Of a stretch of DNA of 64,000 nucleotides, positions 51,657-61,896 are shown one piece after another. The stretch covers positions 192,001-256,000 of the forward strand of contig JBGANV010000002.1 of assembly GCA_044222185.1 (NCBI GenBank), written 5' to 3'. The stretch is from Planctomycetota bacterium (GTDB taxonomy: Bacteria > Planctomycetota > GCA-002687715 > CAIWVZ01). The translations under genes and the position numbers were made by a program. The first letter of the stretch is position 1, and every line of letters starts with the position of its first letter. Under the pieces are notes generated by a model. That model searched no databases. It saw only the letters and a program-made list of their open reading frames with translations, and was not told the DNA's origin.

Positions 51657-52751
51657 TCACTCCGCGAAGAACGCCCGGTTCGTCTCCCAGATCTGCTCGC
51701 AGCGCTTCGGGTCGGGCTCCGTCGACGTCTCGCCGCGCTCGAACGTCCCGCCGAGCACGAGCGCATCGCTCCGCGGGAAGACGTACCCCCCGGCGAACAT
51801 CAGGAGATAAGGCAACCGCTCGGGAAACGAATGAACGAGCTGGCCGCGGATCGGCAGGACGGCCGCGTCCGCAAACACCACCTTGGCACCGAGCCCGAGG
51901 CAGTCGAACACGATCCGTTCGGGAAGACGCGCGACATCATCGGGCGAACCGAACGTCCTCGCCTCGAGGTGCGCGCCGCCACGCAGCACGCTCCGCATGA
52001 GCGCCGGCAGGTACCTCGGGGGCTCGATCAGGAACGTCTTGACGACGTGACCGGCGCGCGGTCGACCGGCGAAAGGCAGCCGATCGAGTCGCGTTCCTGC
52101 GGGCATCACGGCGCGCGCGAGGTCGTTCGATTTGGTTCCCGTGCTCTCGGCTTCGAAGGCCTCGCGGACGGACACGCCCCACGGATCACCCACCAGCGCC
52201 TCGAACCGCGCCCACGACCGACGCGCGATCTGCGCGAATAGCGCCTTCGCGGCGTCGGAATCACCGATGTCGACGCTCGCCGGCATCCACTCGGCGCCCG
52301 CCAGATTCGACGTGGTGTTCGGCGGGAAATCCTCCGCATACAGGCGAACGGCGAACCCTCGCTCTTGAAGGACCCGCGCGGTCGAGAGCCCGATGACGCC
52401 GGCGCCGAGGACGGCCACGGGCCCGGGCGGCTTCAGGTCGGTGATCAGATCGACGGCGGCCTCCGCACTCCCCCACGACAAGGTGAACCCGGCGCCGCCG
52501 TGCCCGTAATCGTGGACGATGGACTTGCCGGCGACTTCCTCCCGCTCGATCCGGATCCCGCCGGTCCGATATGGCCGCAGCCCGGCCACGAACCTGATGA
52601 CCCGCGACCGATCGAAGTTGGGCGTGGGGAGGATCCCCGGGCGGGAATCAGCGCGGGAGTCCTGCCGCTGGTCCGCAGTCACCGATCCCGCGATCGCGGC
52701 CCCGAACACCCCCAGCACGTCACGCCGACTCGGTGAGCGATGGCTCGTCAT
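51657..52751 (-). CDS. FAD-dependent D-amino-acid oxidase-like protein with Tat signal
   Basis: SRRDVLG twin-Arg signal. GLRPYR..G and HDYGHGGAG.TLSWG precede VLGAGVIGLSTA; also P.RGQL. Confidence 0.85.
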   Translation of the reverse strand: MTSHRSPSRRDVLGVFGAAIAGSVTADQRQDSRADSRPGILPTPNFDRSRVIRFVAGLRPYRTGGIRIEREEVAGKSIVHDYGHGGAGFTLSWGSAEAAVDLITDLKPPGPVAVLGAGVIGLSTARVLQERGFAVRLYAEDFPPNTTSNLAGAEWMPASVDIGDSDAAKALFAQIARRSWARFEALVGDPWGVSVREAFEAESTGTKSNDLARAVMPAGTRLDRLPFAGRPRAGHVVKTFLIEPPRYLPALMRSVLRGGAHLEARTFGSPDDVARLPERIVFDCLGLGAKVVFADAAVLPIRGQLVHSFPERLPYLLMFAGGYVFPRSDALVLGGTFERGETSTEPDPKRCEQIWETNRAFFAE

Positions 52752-52792
52752 GTCGGGAACATACGCGACGCCCCCAAACCGTCCCTGGTGCG

Positions 52793-53275
52793 TCAGGTCT
52801 TGGGCGCGGACGGCCGCCCGAACTTCCTGACCATCACCGAGTGTCGCCACGCGAACATCCGCTCGATCTTGCGGCGGGCGATGCCACTCCCGAACAGGCG
52901 CCCGAAGATCCAACCCGGCAGTTCGTACTCGATCCGATCCTCGAAGAGGCAGACCGATGGACCGCGGGCGGTGACTTCGTGACGGTGCTTCCACGATGCG
53001 AACGGTCCCTGCTTCTGCACGTCCACGAAGTACCCACCCTGGTCACCCAGGTCCTCGCATTCCGTGTATTCGGCGACCCAGCGACGCCGGAAGGGTCCCA
53101 CCTTCATCACGATGATGGCAGTCGCCCCGACCCTCATCGCCTCCGCAGGTTTCTCGACGACGGCCTGCTCCCACTCAGGAATCATCTCGCGGATGGCATC
53201 GGTGGATCCGAGCCAGGCGAAAACCTGGCGCGCGGGGGTGCTCAAGACGGATCGACAGGTGAAGAGCTCGGTCAC
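52793..53275 (-). CDS. SRPBCC-family (cyclase/dehydrase-like) protein
   Basis: GPFRRRWVAE, FVDVQKQGPFASWKHRH, DRIEYELP, MFAWRH. Confidence 0.85.
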   Translation of the reverse strand: MTELFTCRSVLSTPARQVFAWLGSTDAIREMIPEWEQAVVEKPAEAMRVGATAIIVMKVGPFRRRWVAEYTECEDLGDQGGYFVDVQKQGPFASWKHRHEVTARGPSVCLFEDRIEYELPGWIFGRLFGSGIARRKIERMFAWRHSVMVRKFGRPSAPKT

Positions 53276-53336
53276 GCGCGCAGCGTAGCAATCGGTTGAG
53301 AAGCGGTCGCCAGCGGCGGGGCGAGTCGATCTCGGC

Positions 53337-55394
53337 ATGCCGCGTACAATGCCGCCCTCCGCGACCGCCCTGAGCGCAATGACCCCCTCGATGCCGACAG
53401 AACACGCCGCGAACGATCGCAACCTGGCGACCGGCTCGGCCGCCCACGTGGCGGACGTCCTTCCGCCAATCGCGGCGCTCCTCCAGATCGTCGTCGGGCT
53501 CGCCGTCATGCTCGGCTGGTGCACGCATACGCCGCCCCTCCTCCGTCTGGGGATGGGGGCGCGGCCCATGCACTTCCCGGCGGCATTCGCGGTCCTTTGT
53601 GGCGGGCTCGCGCTCCTTTCGCTGATCCTCGACCGCCGCCGGCTCGCACCGTGGCTGACGATCCCGGTGTTCGTCATCGCCATCGCCGAGGTGCTCGAGC
53701 TCTATGCGGGACTGCCAACCTCGCTTCATCACCTCTGGCCCACGGGGTGGGCCGCCCCGGAGCGGTTCGGGATCAGCGATCAGATGGCGCCGGACACGAT
53801 CCTCAGCCTGTTGCTCATGGGCGCGGCCCTCATCGCATCGTCGCTGCCGCGGTTCGAGCAGCGGGGGACGTTCGTGGCGGTTTGCGGTGTCCTCGTCTGG
53901 GCGTTGAGCACCTCCGCGCTCATCGGCTTCGCGACCGGGCTGCCGCCCTCGACGGCGTTCGGCCGCTTCAACGGCATGCCGTTGTCGCTCGCCACCGTCT
54001 ACTTCGTCTTCGGCCTCGGCATGGCCGTTCGCGCCCTGCGGAAATCCAACCTCCAGGCGAGTGCCCGGCCGCGGTGTGCGGCGATCCTCGTGACGTCCGC
54101 GGCGGTCGCGGTGACCGTCTCGTTCTGGCATGGGCTCGTCGCACGCGAGCCCGGCACGCCGTGGGTGTTCAACACGCTGTTCCTCGTGGGAGGGTTGCTC
54201 CTCAGCTCGGTGTTCGGGTGGACCGTTTTCCTGTGGGTGCTGACAGGCCAGCGGCGACGCACGGCCGAGGACGCCTTTCGCGAGGTTGCTGCCGAAGCCA
54301 CCCGGCGTGAGCGTGCTCAGGCCGAAGCACGCGCCAGCGAACTGCGGCTGCGGGCGATCCTCGAGGGCGCAGGCGACGCGATCATCGCCGTCGATTCCGA
54401 CGGCAGGGTGGATTTCGTGAATGCGGCGGCCGAGGCCATGTTCGGCTACACCCGCGACGAGCTTCACGGACAGCCGATCGAGATCCTCGTCCCCGAACGC
54501 CATCGCGAAAAGCACCTGGCATATCGCCGCGAGTATTCCCGCGACCCGAAGACGCGCGCCATGGGCCTCCGCATGGATCTCTTCGGCCGGCGAAAGGACT
54601 GCACCGAGCTGCCCGTCGAGATCAGCCTGAGCCCGGTCATCGACGGGCCACGCACCCTGATCCTCACCGTGATCCGGGATGTGAGCGAGCGCCGCGCAGC
54701 CGAGCATCGCGAATCGACGATGCTCCGGGCCCTGGCGACGATCGGCGAGTCCGCCACGATCCTCGCTCACGAGATCAAGAACCCGCTCACGGCCGTCAAC
54801 GCGGCCCTCAAATCCCTCGCCTCCAAGCTCGGAATGGAGCAGGCCGAGGTGCTGGGCGATCTGGTCGACCGCATGCGCCGGGTCGAGATGATGATCCGCC
54901 GCACCCTCTCCTTCACGAAGCCGGTGGATCTGCGGCGCAGCAAGGTGTCGGTCGCCGACCTCTTCAAGCAGTCGCTCGCGGACGCACGCCCGGCGACGGC
55001 GGCGGGTGACATATCGACCGAGATATCGATCGAGCCTCCAGACATGGCTCTGATCGTCGATGGCCAGTTGATCCGCGAGGTCATCGTGAACCTGGTGGCG
55101 AACGCCGCCGAGGCCGCCCGCGGCCCCTCGCACATATCGTTGACGGCACGTGCGGTGAACGGCAAACAGGCCGTGATCGAAGTCCGCGACGACGGCCCGG
55201 GACTCCCCGACAGCATGCGCGCGAACCCCTTCCGCCCGTTCGTCACGACCAAGAAGACGGGTTCGGGGATCGGGCTTTCGATCTGCAAGAAGATGGTCGA
55301 AGAGCACGGCGGGAAGATCGTCTACACCGATGCTTCTCCGCACGGAGCGTGCTGGATCATCACGCTCCCCACGAGCACCGCTCCGGTCTCCTGA
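53337..55394 (+). CDS. Membrane PAS-domain sensor histidine kinase
   Basis: Multiple TMs, PAS (DAIIAVD.DG...VN.AAE.MFGY), LAHEIKNPL, NLVANA, DDGPG, GSGIGL. Start may be 53379 or 53391. Confidence 0.92.
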   Translation: MPRTMPPSATALSAMTPSMPTEHAANDRNLATGSAAHVADVLPPIAALLQIVVGLAVMLGWCTHTPPLLRLGMGARPMHFPAAFAVLCGGLALLSLILDRRRLAPWLTIPVFVIAIAEVLELYAGLPTSLHHLWPTGWAAPERFGISDQMAPDTILSLLLMGAALIASSLPRFEQRGTFVAVCGVLVWALSTSALIGFATGLPPSTAFGRFNGMPLSLATVYFVFGLGMAVRALRKSNLQASARPRCAAILVTSAAVAVTVSFWHGLVAREPGTPWVFNTLFLVGGLLLSSVFGWTVFLWVLTGQRRRTAEDAFREVAAEATRRERAQAEARASELRLRAILEGAGDAIIAVDSDGRVDFVNAAAEAMFGYTRDELHGQPIEILVPERHREKHLAYRREYSRDPKTRAMGLRMDLFGRRKDCTELPVEISLSPVIDGPRTLILTVIRDVSERRAAEHRESTMLRALATIGESATILAHEIKNPLTAVNAALKSLASKLGMEQAEVLGDLVDRMRRVEMMIRRTLSFTKPVDLRRSKVSVADLFKQSLADARPATAAGDISTEISIEPPDMALIVDGQLIREVIVNLVANAAEAARGPSHISLTARAVNGKQAVIEVRDDGPGLPDSMRANPFRPFVTTKKTGSGIGLSICKKMVEEHGGKIVYTDASPHGACWIITLPTSTAPVS

Positions 55395-55637
55395 GATATG
55401 CGCGCCGCCCGCGACGGCGGCTGACTCGGCATCGCATCCGCGCGACCTCCCGCGCCGAGCGGTTTCCTTCTTCGAGCGACTTCAGTTCAGGCGAGTCGCA
55501 TACCGAGGAAAGCGTGACACCCCCGATGAGGAAGTCAGCTCGGGGATCGAACCGCCGAAGGAGACGCTCTGCACTCGGCGGCGAACGGCGTTTTCGATGG
55601 AGATTCGCGGCTCGCGGATCGGAAAGAGAGTTCCAAG

Positions 55638-58600
55638 ATGAGGTCATTCGTTCGGCTGGGACAGTGGTCAGTCCTCGCCCTCGCTCTTTGCATCACGAGC
55701 ACGGCGCTTGCCGCGTCCTCGAACGACGGCAAGGCTCTCAATGGCGGCCCTGTACGCCTCGTGCCCGTGCCGAATGTGCCGGTGATCACCGGCCCTTCAA
55801 TCACCAACGACAGCACGCCCAACATCACGGGAACCTGTGATCCGAGCGTGACGATCGAGATCTTCGAAGGCGTAACGAGCCTCGGGACCGCGGTCGCCAC
55901 CGTCGGCGGCACGTTCAGCGTGACGGTCTCCTCGCTTTCGGACGGCACGCATAGTCTGACGGCGACGGCGATGGACGGAACGGGGACGAGCGCGGCCTCG
56001 TCCGCCTTCTCCGTGATCGTCGACACGGCGGCTCCGTCGGCCCCGACGATCTCGGGCCCGGCAAACACCAACGACACCACCCCGGACATGACGGGAACGG
56101 CTGAGGCCAGCGCGACCGTCCAGATTCTCGAGGGCGGATCGGTCATCGGCTCGGGCACCGCTTCTGGCGGCGGCTCGTTCACGGTCACCGTGTCGACGCT
56201 TTCGGTCGGTGCCCACTCGCTCGTCGCGCGCGCCATCGACGCGGCCGGCAACGTGAGCGCCAGCTCGTCCGCGTTCACCTGCACCGTCGACACGACGGCT
56301 CCGTCGGCTCCGTCGATCTCCAGCCCGGCGATCACGAACGACACGACTCCGAACGTCACGGGAACGGCCGAGGCCAGCTCGACGGTCGAGATCCTCGAGT
56401 CCGGTTCAGTGATCGCTTCGGGAACGGCAACGGGCGGTGGATCCTTCACGATCACGCTCTCCACGATGTCGGAAGGCGTGCACTCGCTCGTCGCTCGCGC
56501 GACGGACGCTGCCAGCAACGTCAGCGCCAACTCGTCTGCGTTCAGCATGACGGTCGATGCGACGGCGCCCTCGGCCCCGTCGATCACCGGCCCGGCGGAT
56601 ACGAACGACACGACTCCGAACGTCGTCGGAACGGCGGAAGCCAACTCGACGGTGGAAGTCCTCGAGAGCGGCTCGGTCATCGGATCGGCGACGGCCAGCG
56701 CGGGCGGAACCTTCACGGTCACCGTCTCGACGCTCTCGGTCGGCGCCCACTCGCTCGTCGCTCGCGCGACGGATGCAGCCACGAACGTCAGCTCGAACTC
56801 GTCCGCGTTCACCTGCACGGTCGACACGACGGCTCCGTCGGCTCCGTCGATCACGGGTCCTGCGGTCTCGAACGACACGACCCCGGCGGTCGTCGGCACG
56901 GCCGAGGCGAACTCGACCGTCGAGATTCTCGAGAGCGGCTCGGTGATCGGCACCGGCACCGCGACGGGCGGCGGCACGTTCAGCGTGACCGTCTCCGTCC
57001 TCGCCGAGACGGCGCACTCACTCGTCGCTCGTGCGACGGATGCGGCCAGCAACGTCAGCGCCAACTCGTCCGCGTTCTCGTGCACGATCGACGTGACCGC
57101 CCCGTCGGCGCCGTCGATCACCGCGCCCTCCGTCACGAACGACACGACCCCGACCATCACGGGAACGGCGGAAGCCTCCTCGACGGTCGAGATCCTCGAG
57201 TCGGGATCCGTGATCGGCAGCGGCACGGCCACGGGCGGCGGCACGTTCTCGATCACGGTGTCCGTGCTCACTGAGGCCACGCACAGCCTCGTCGCCCGCG
57301 CGACGGACTCGGCGAGCAACGTGAGCTCGAACTCGGCCACGTTCTCGTGCATCGTCGACGTGACGGCTCCGGCCGCCCCGACGATCACGGGTCCGGCCCT
57401 CACGAACGACGCCACGCCGGACATCGTCGGCACGGCCGAAGCCAACGCCACCGTCCAGATCCTGGAAGGCGGCTCGGTGATCGGCTCCGGTACGGCTGAC
57501 GGCTCGGGCAACTTCACGGTGACGGTCTCGACCCTCACGGAAGCGACCCACAGCCTGGTGGCGCGCGCCACGGACGCCGCGGCGAACGTCGGTTCGAACT
57601 CGTCCGCCTTCAGCGTGACGGTCGACCTGACGTCCCCGACGACGCCCACGATCACGAGCACCAACGTCACGAACGACACCACCCCGACCGTCACCGGCAC
57701 GGCGGAAGCCAGCACGACGATCCAGATCCTCGACTCGGGGACGGTCGTCGGATCCGGCTCGGTGTCGGGCGGTGCGTTCTCGATCACGTGCTCGACCCTC
57801 ACCGAAGGCGCGCACAGCATCGTCGCGCGCTCGACGGACACGGCGACGAACCACACCGACTCGGCGACGTTCACGCTGACCATCGACGTCACGGCGCCGA
57901 CGGCCCCGGTGATCGTCACCCCCGCGTTCACGAACAGCACCACGCCCACCGTCACCGGCACGGCGGAAGCCAGCGCAACGGTCACCATCGTCGAAGGTCT
58001 CACGACCCTCGGCACCGGTTCGGCCGACGGCTCCGGCAACTTCTCCATCGCGGTGACGACCCTCTCGGTGGCCGCGCACAGCATCAGCGCTCGCGCGACG
58101 GATGCGGCCGGCAACGTGGGACCGAACTCGTCGACGTTCACGCTGACCGTCGATCAGACGGCTCCAGCGGCGCCGACGATCTCGAGCCCGGCGAACACGA
58201 ACGACACGACGCCGAGCGTCTCCGGAACGGCCGAAGCCTACGCGACGGTCGACGTCCTCGAGAGCGGCTCGACGATCGGCACGGGTACCGCTGACGCCTC
58301 GGGCAACTTCGCCGTCACCGTCTCGGCGCTGACCGAAGCCGCGCACAGCCTCGTCGCCCGCGCGACGGACCGCGCCGGCAACGTCGGCTCGAACTCGGCA
58401 GCGTTCATCGTCACGGTCGACATCACGGCCCCCGGCGCCCCCACGGTCACCGGCCCGACGTTGACGAACGACTCGACTCCGGACGTCACCGGTACCGCCG
58501 AGGCGAACTCGACGGTCGAAGTGCTGGACGGTGGCTCGCTCGTCGGCAGCGGCACGGCGGACGGCTCGGGCAACTTCACCATCACGGTGTCGTCGCTCGC

Positions 58601-59876
58601 GGACGGCGTGCACGCGATCACGGCTCACGCCATCGACGGCGTCGGCAACCAGGGCGTGGATTCGTCGTCCTTCAGCATGACGGTCGACACCACGCCTCCG
58701 GCTGCTCCGACGAACCTCGCAGGTGCGAGCCCGGTCGTCGCCAATCCGGCGTTCAGCTGGACGGCTTCGAGCGGCGCCGCGACGTACAACGTCTACCGCG
58801 ACGGCAGCCTCCTCGGCAACACGGCGTCCACGTCGTACACCGATTCGGCCTCGCTCGCGGACGCCACGTACGTCTACACGGTTTCCGCGATCGACGCGGC
58901 GACGAACGAAGGCTCGCAGAGCTCGGGTCTCTCGATCCAGGTGAGCTCGACGTGGCCGACGAACGTCGCGCTCGTCGGACCGACGGGTCAGTACGCGGAC
59001 GTCGCAGCGGCCTTCGCGGGCAACGCCTCGGCGAACCTCGTCATCCTGATGCAGGCGGGCACGTACCCGGCGTTCACCGTCGGCCGCACCGTTCGCATCA
59101 TGCCTGACGGCTCGGGCCCGGTGCTGATCGACACGTCGTCGGCGTCGGTCATCATCAACAGCGCGACCGCCAGCGATTCGATCGAGCTCGTCGGGCTCAC
59201 GATCGGATCCTTGACGGCTTCGCACATCGCCGTTCAGGTCGCCTCGACACCGGCAGCCGTCGTTCTCGATGGGTGCACCTTGTCGGAGAACCCGGTGCTC
59301 CCGTGGGCGGCTCTCGACATCGCGTCGTCGCGGCACGTGTCGGTGAACAACTGCACCATCACGCAGGGCATGTACGCCTACGGCTGGTCGTTCGTGATCG
59401 CCCAGAACGGGTCCGTCGATCACGTCATCGCGGATAACGCGAGCCTCGTGCGCTGCACGGGCGTGACGGTCGGGAACACCTCGCTCTACGACGCGAACTC
59501 GATCGTCGCGCAGCTCCAGGGCATCGCTCCCACGGTCACGATCCCGCGCTTCGTGAGCCTCGCGGGAACCGCCCAGCTCGACTTCCACGGTGTGGCCAGC
59601 TCGCCGTGGGCGTTGTTCGCGTCGACGGTGCAGGGCCTCTCCTGGACCGCCGATCCGATCAGCGGTGTCGAAGGCGTGCAGTACATGACGGACGCGAACA
59701 CGTACCCGCTCTACACGTCCACGACGGACGTGAACGGTGACGAGTCCATGCAGATCGGGTTCGGCAACGACCCGTACTTCCTGGGATACACGTTCGTGCT
59801 GCAGGCCGTCGGCTACGACGCGACGCAGTCGGTCTTCCGTCTGACGAACGTCGTCTCGGTGGTCGGCATCCCGTGA
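55638..59876 (+). CDS. Large surface protein: 11 bacterial Ig-like repeats + FN3 + C-terminal domains
   Basis: Eleven ~90-aa repeats (TNDTTP.V.GTAEA.STV.I...HSLVARATDAA.N), then an FN3-like SWTASSGAATYNVYRDG. Signal peptide present. Confidence 0.92.
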   Translation: MRSFVRLGQWSVLALALCITSTALAASSNDGKALNGGPVRLVPVPNVPVITGPSITNDSTPNITGTCDPSVTIEIFEGVTSLGTAVATVGGTFSVTVSSLSDGTHSLTATAMDGTGTSAASSAFSVIVDTAAPSAPTISGPANTNDTTPDMTGTAEASATVQILEGGSVIGSGTASGGGSFTVTVSTLSVGAHSLVARAIDAAGNVSASSSAFTCTVDTTAPSAPSISSPAITNDTTPNVTGTAEASSTVEILESGSVIASGTATGGGSFTITLSTMSEGVHSLVARATDAASNVSANSSAFSMTVDATAPSAPSITGPADTNDTTPNVVGTAEANSTVEVLESGSVIGSATASAGGTFTVTVSTLSVGAHSLVARATDAATNVSSNSSAFTCTVDTTAPSAPSITGPAVSNDTTPAVVGTAEANSTVEILESGSVIGTGTATGGGTFSVTVSVLAETAHSLVARATDAASNVSANSSAFSCTIDVTAPSAPSITAPSVTNDTTPTITGTAEASSTVEILESGSVIGSGTATGGGTFSITVSVLTEATHSLVARATDSASNVSSNSATFSCIVDVTAPAAPTITGPALTNDATPDIVGTAEANATVQILEGGSVIGSGTADGSGNFTVTVSTLTEATHSLVARATDAAANVGSNSSAFSVTVDLTSPTTPTITSTNVTNDTTPTVTGTAEASTTIQILDSGTVVGSGSVSGGAFSITCSTLTEGAHSIVARSTDTATNHTDSATFTLTIDVTAPTAPVIVTPAFTNSTTPTVTGTAEASATVTIVEGLTTLGTGSADGSGNFSIAVTTLSVAAHSISARATDAAGNVGPNSSTFTLTVDQTAPAAPTISSPANTNDTTPSVSGTAEAYATVDVLESGSTIGTGTADASGNFAVTVSALTEAAHSLVARATDRAGNVGSNSAAFIVTVDITAPGAPTVTGPTLTNDSTPDVTGTAEANSTVEVLDGGSLVGSGTADGSGNFTITVSSLADGVHAITAHAIDGVGNQGVDSSSFSMTVDTTPPAAPTNLAGASPVVANPAFSWTASSGAATYNVYRDGSLLGNTASTSYTDSASLADATYVYTVSAIDAATNEGSQSSGLSIQVSSTWPTNVALVGPTGQYADVAAAFAGNASANLVILMQAGTYPAFTVGRTVRIMPDGSGPVLIDTSSASVIINSATASDSIELVGLTIGSLTASHIAVQVASTPAAVVLDGCTLSENPVLPWAALDIASSRHVSVNNCTITQGMYAYGWSFVIAQNGSVDHVIADNASLVRCTGVTVGNTSLYDANSIVAQLQGIAPTVTIPRFVSLAGTAQLDFHGVASSPWALFASTVQGLSWTADPISGVEGVQYMTDANTYPLYTSTTDVNGDESMQIGFGNDPYFLGYTFVLQAVGYDATQSVFRLTNVVSVVGIP

Positions 59877-60149
59877 TGCACCGGCCGCCCGTGCGGCCAA
59901 CTCAGGACGGGTGAGCGGCGCACCGCCGCCGCCACCGTCCCCCCGCTCCGCAGCGTCGCGTGAAGGGAGACGCGCGGACCGGAAGCGGCCTGCGCCGGGA
60001 ATCCGCGGCGCGCCAGTTCACCGCCGTCTTGGCGGGAACTGGCCGGCTCGCCGCGCCTCCCGCGCCGACCATCGGGCATCGCTCGCCGCGCGCTGCGAGA
60101 TCACCCACGCGCGCCGTCCCCCCCCGCCTCCGTCGACCGACCCGGCGCC

Positions 60150-61706
60150 TCACTTCCACGCGATGTCGGACACGGTCGCCCCACCGGGCAGCGGCACCGA
60201 GGCAACGAGCGCAAGCGTCTGCGCATTGAACACGTGCAGAGTCAGCGGCGAGTAACTTCCCACGGCGATGAGATCCCCATCGGGACTGATCGCGTTGCGC
60301 CACGCGTTGGGCAGACCGACGGCAGTGATGGGCGTGTAGGAGAACACGTTCACGTTCACGGGGTCGATGTCGATGCGTCCAGCCCATCCGGAGCCCCCGA
60401 AGCCGGAGACGACGAGGAAATTCCCGCCGCGACGCGCGACGTTCAGATGCGTGGGAGCGGAGCCGAAGAGCGCCGGCGGCGACGCATTCGATCCGATGTT
60501 CTGTACGCCGCCCAAGCCCGGATTGTGGTCGATCCACGAGGTCGTGCTGATCCGGAAGCGCGCCAGCTCCGCCGGAGTCGTGCCGGCCCCCTGCCGCAGC
60601 ACGGAGACGATGTCCTCGTCGTTGCTGAACGCGACGTCCGTGTTGATCCACAGACCGGAGATCGCACTCGATGGAATCACGCGCGAGAGCAGCGGAGTGA
60701 GGAACGTCGGACTCGCGGGGTCCAAGTCCCACACCGTGAGTGAACCGCCGATCAGCGAGGGCAGGGCCGCGAGATTCCCGGACGGGCTCAGGCCCCACAC
60801 TCCGATCAGGCCGTTGACGTAGAGACCGTTGGAGTAGTACCGGATCTGCCCATAAGTCGGGCTCGCATGATCCACGTCGAAGGCGACGAACTCGAGACCG
60901 CCCGTGCTGCCGATGTCACCGATGGCCCAAAGCAGCTTGCGCGCCTCGTCGAGTTGGAGGTTCCCCTCGGCCACCCCGCTGGAACCCGAGAAGTTGTAGA
61001 GCGTCGACCACACCGGTGTCCCCGTGCTGAGGTCCGCATGGTTCAACACGCCGAAGCCCGAACACACGTACATCTCACGGCCACCATCCGTGTAGACGAC
61101 GCCGTTCACGTTGTTGGTGTAGGTGCTGAGTGTCGCCGGAACCGACGGGCTCCAGCTCAACGGATCGACGATGGCGAATGGGTCGGCCGACCCGCCCACC
61201 GAGCTGCCGACGAAGATCTGCGGAGGCATCGTCAGCTCGACCGAGAGGCCGTTCGTCACCGTGACTCCGCCGGCGACCGACGGGTCCGTCACCGCGGCCT
61301 GCCAGTAGGCGACGAAACCTGCGAGGTACGGGATCACCCCGAACGACAGCGGCACGGGGACGAAGGCGGTCCCCGCCGCATTCGAACCCGGCAGTCCGCC
61401 CGCCGCGAACGGCAGCGTGAACAGCACCTGCGCGGGGTCGAGGTAGATCGGCAACCCCGAGCCCGTGCTGAACGTGATCTGCCCTGCGCTCACGGCGAGG
61501 ATCCCCGACGCCCCGCCCACGGCATTCGACACGTCGAGTCCCCAGTTCGCGTTGCCCATCCACGCCTGCTTCGCCGAGAGCGCCGGGACGAAGCCCCCGC
61601 TCCCGGCCACGCCCGGCCCGATCACGTCCTGCGCCGGCAGGACGGAAACCAACCCCGACGCAACCACCAAGGCTCCGATCGATCTCCAGGACATGGCTGT
61701 CTCCAA
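60150..61706 (-). CDS. Secreted protein: N-terminal ~130-aa module + beta-propeller
   Basis: Signal peptide, YVTN/WD-like blades (GLSPSG, AFSNDE, AISPDGD, DIAWK). Confidence 0.75.
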   Translation of the reverse strand: METAMSWRSIGALVVASGLVSVLPAQDVIGPGVAGSGGFVPALSAKQAWMGNANWGLDVSNAVGGASGILAVSAGQITFSTGSGLPIYLDPAQVLFTLPFAAGGLPGSNAAGTAFVPVPLSFGVIPYLAGFVAYWQAAVTDPSVAGGVTVTNGLSVELTMPPQIFVGSSVGGSADPFAIVDPLSWSPSVPATLSTYTNNVNGVVYTDGGREMYVCSGFGVLNHADLSTGTPVWSTLYNFSGSSGVAEGNLQLDEARKLLWAIGDIGSTGGLEFVAFDVDHASPTYGQIRYYSNGLYVNGLIGVWGLSPSGNLAALPSLIGGSLTVWDLDPASPTFLTPLLSRVIPSSAISGLWINTDVAFSNDEDIVSVLRQGAGTTPAELARFRISTTSWIDHNPGLGGVQNIGSNASPPALFGSAPTHLNVARRGGNFLVVSGFGGSGWAGRIDIDPVNVNVFSYTPITAVGLPNAWRNAISPDGDLIAVGSYSPLTLHVFNAQTLALVASVPLPGGATVSDIAWK

Positions 61707-61896
61707 TCACGAGGCGCATCCCGCGCGTCTGCCAACGAGATCCCGCGGTCGATGGATTTCATACACCATCCCCAGGCTTTCGGGGGGACGCGCGGAGCGA
61801 GCCGTGACGACGCGCACGCTGCGCCCCTGGCCGTCCGCTCATTTTGTATGGACTGCGTCATCCGCGGGATCCATGATGCGAAGGCCCTCTTCGCCC

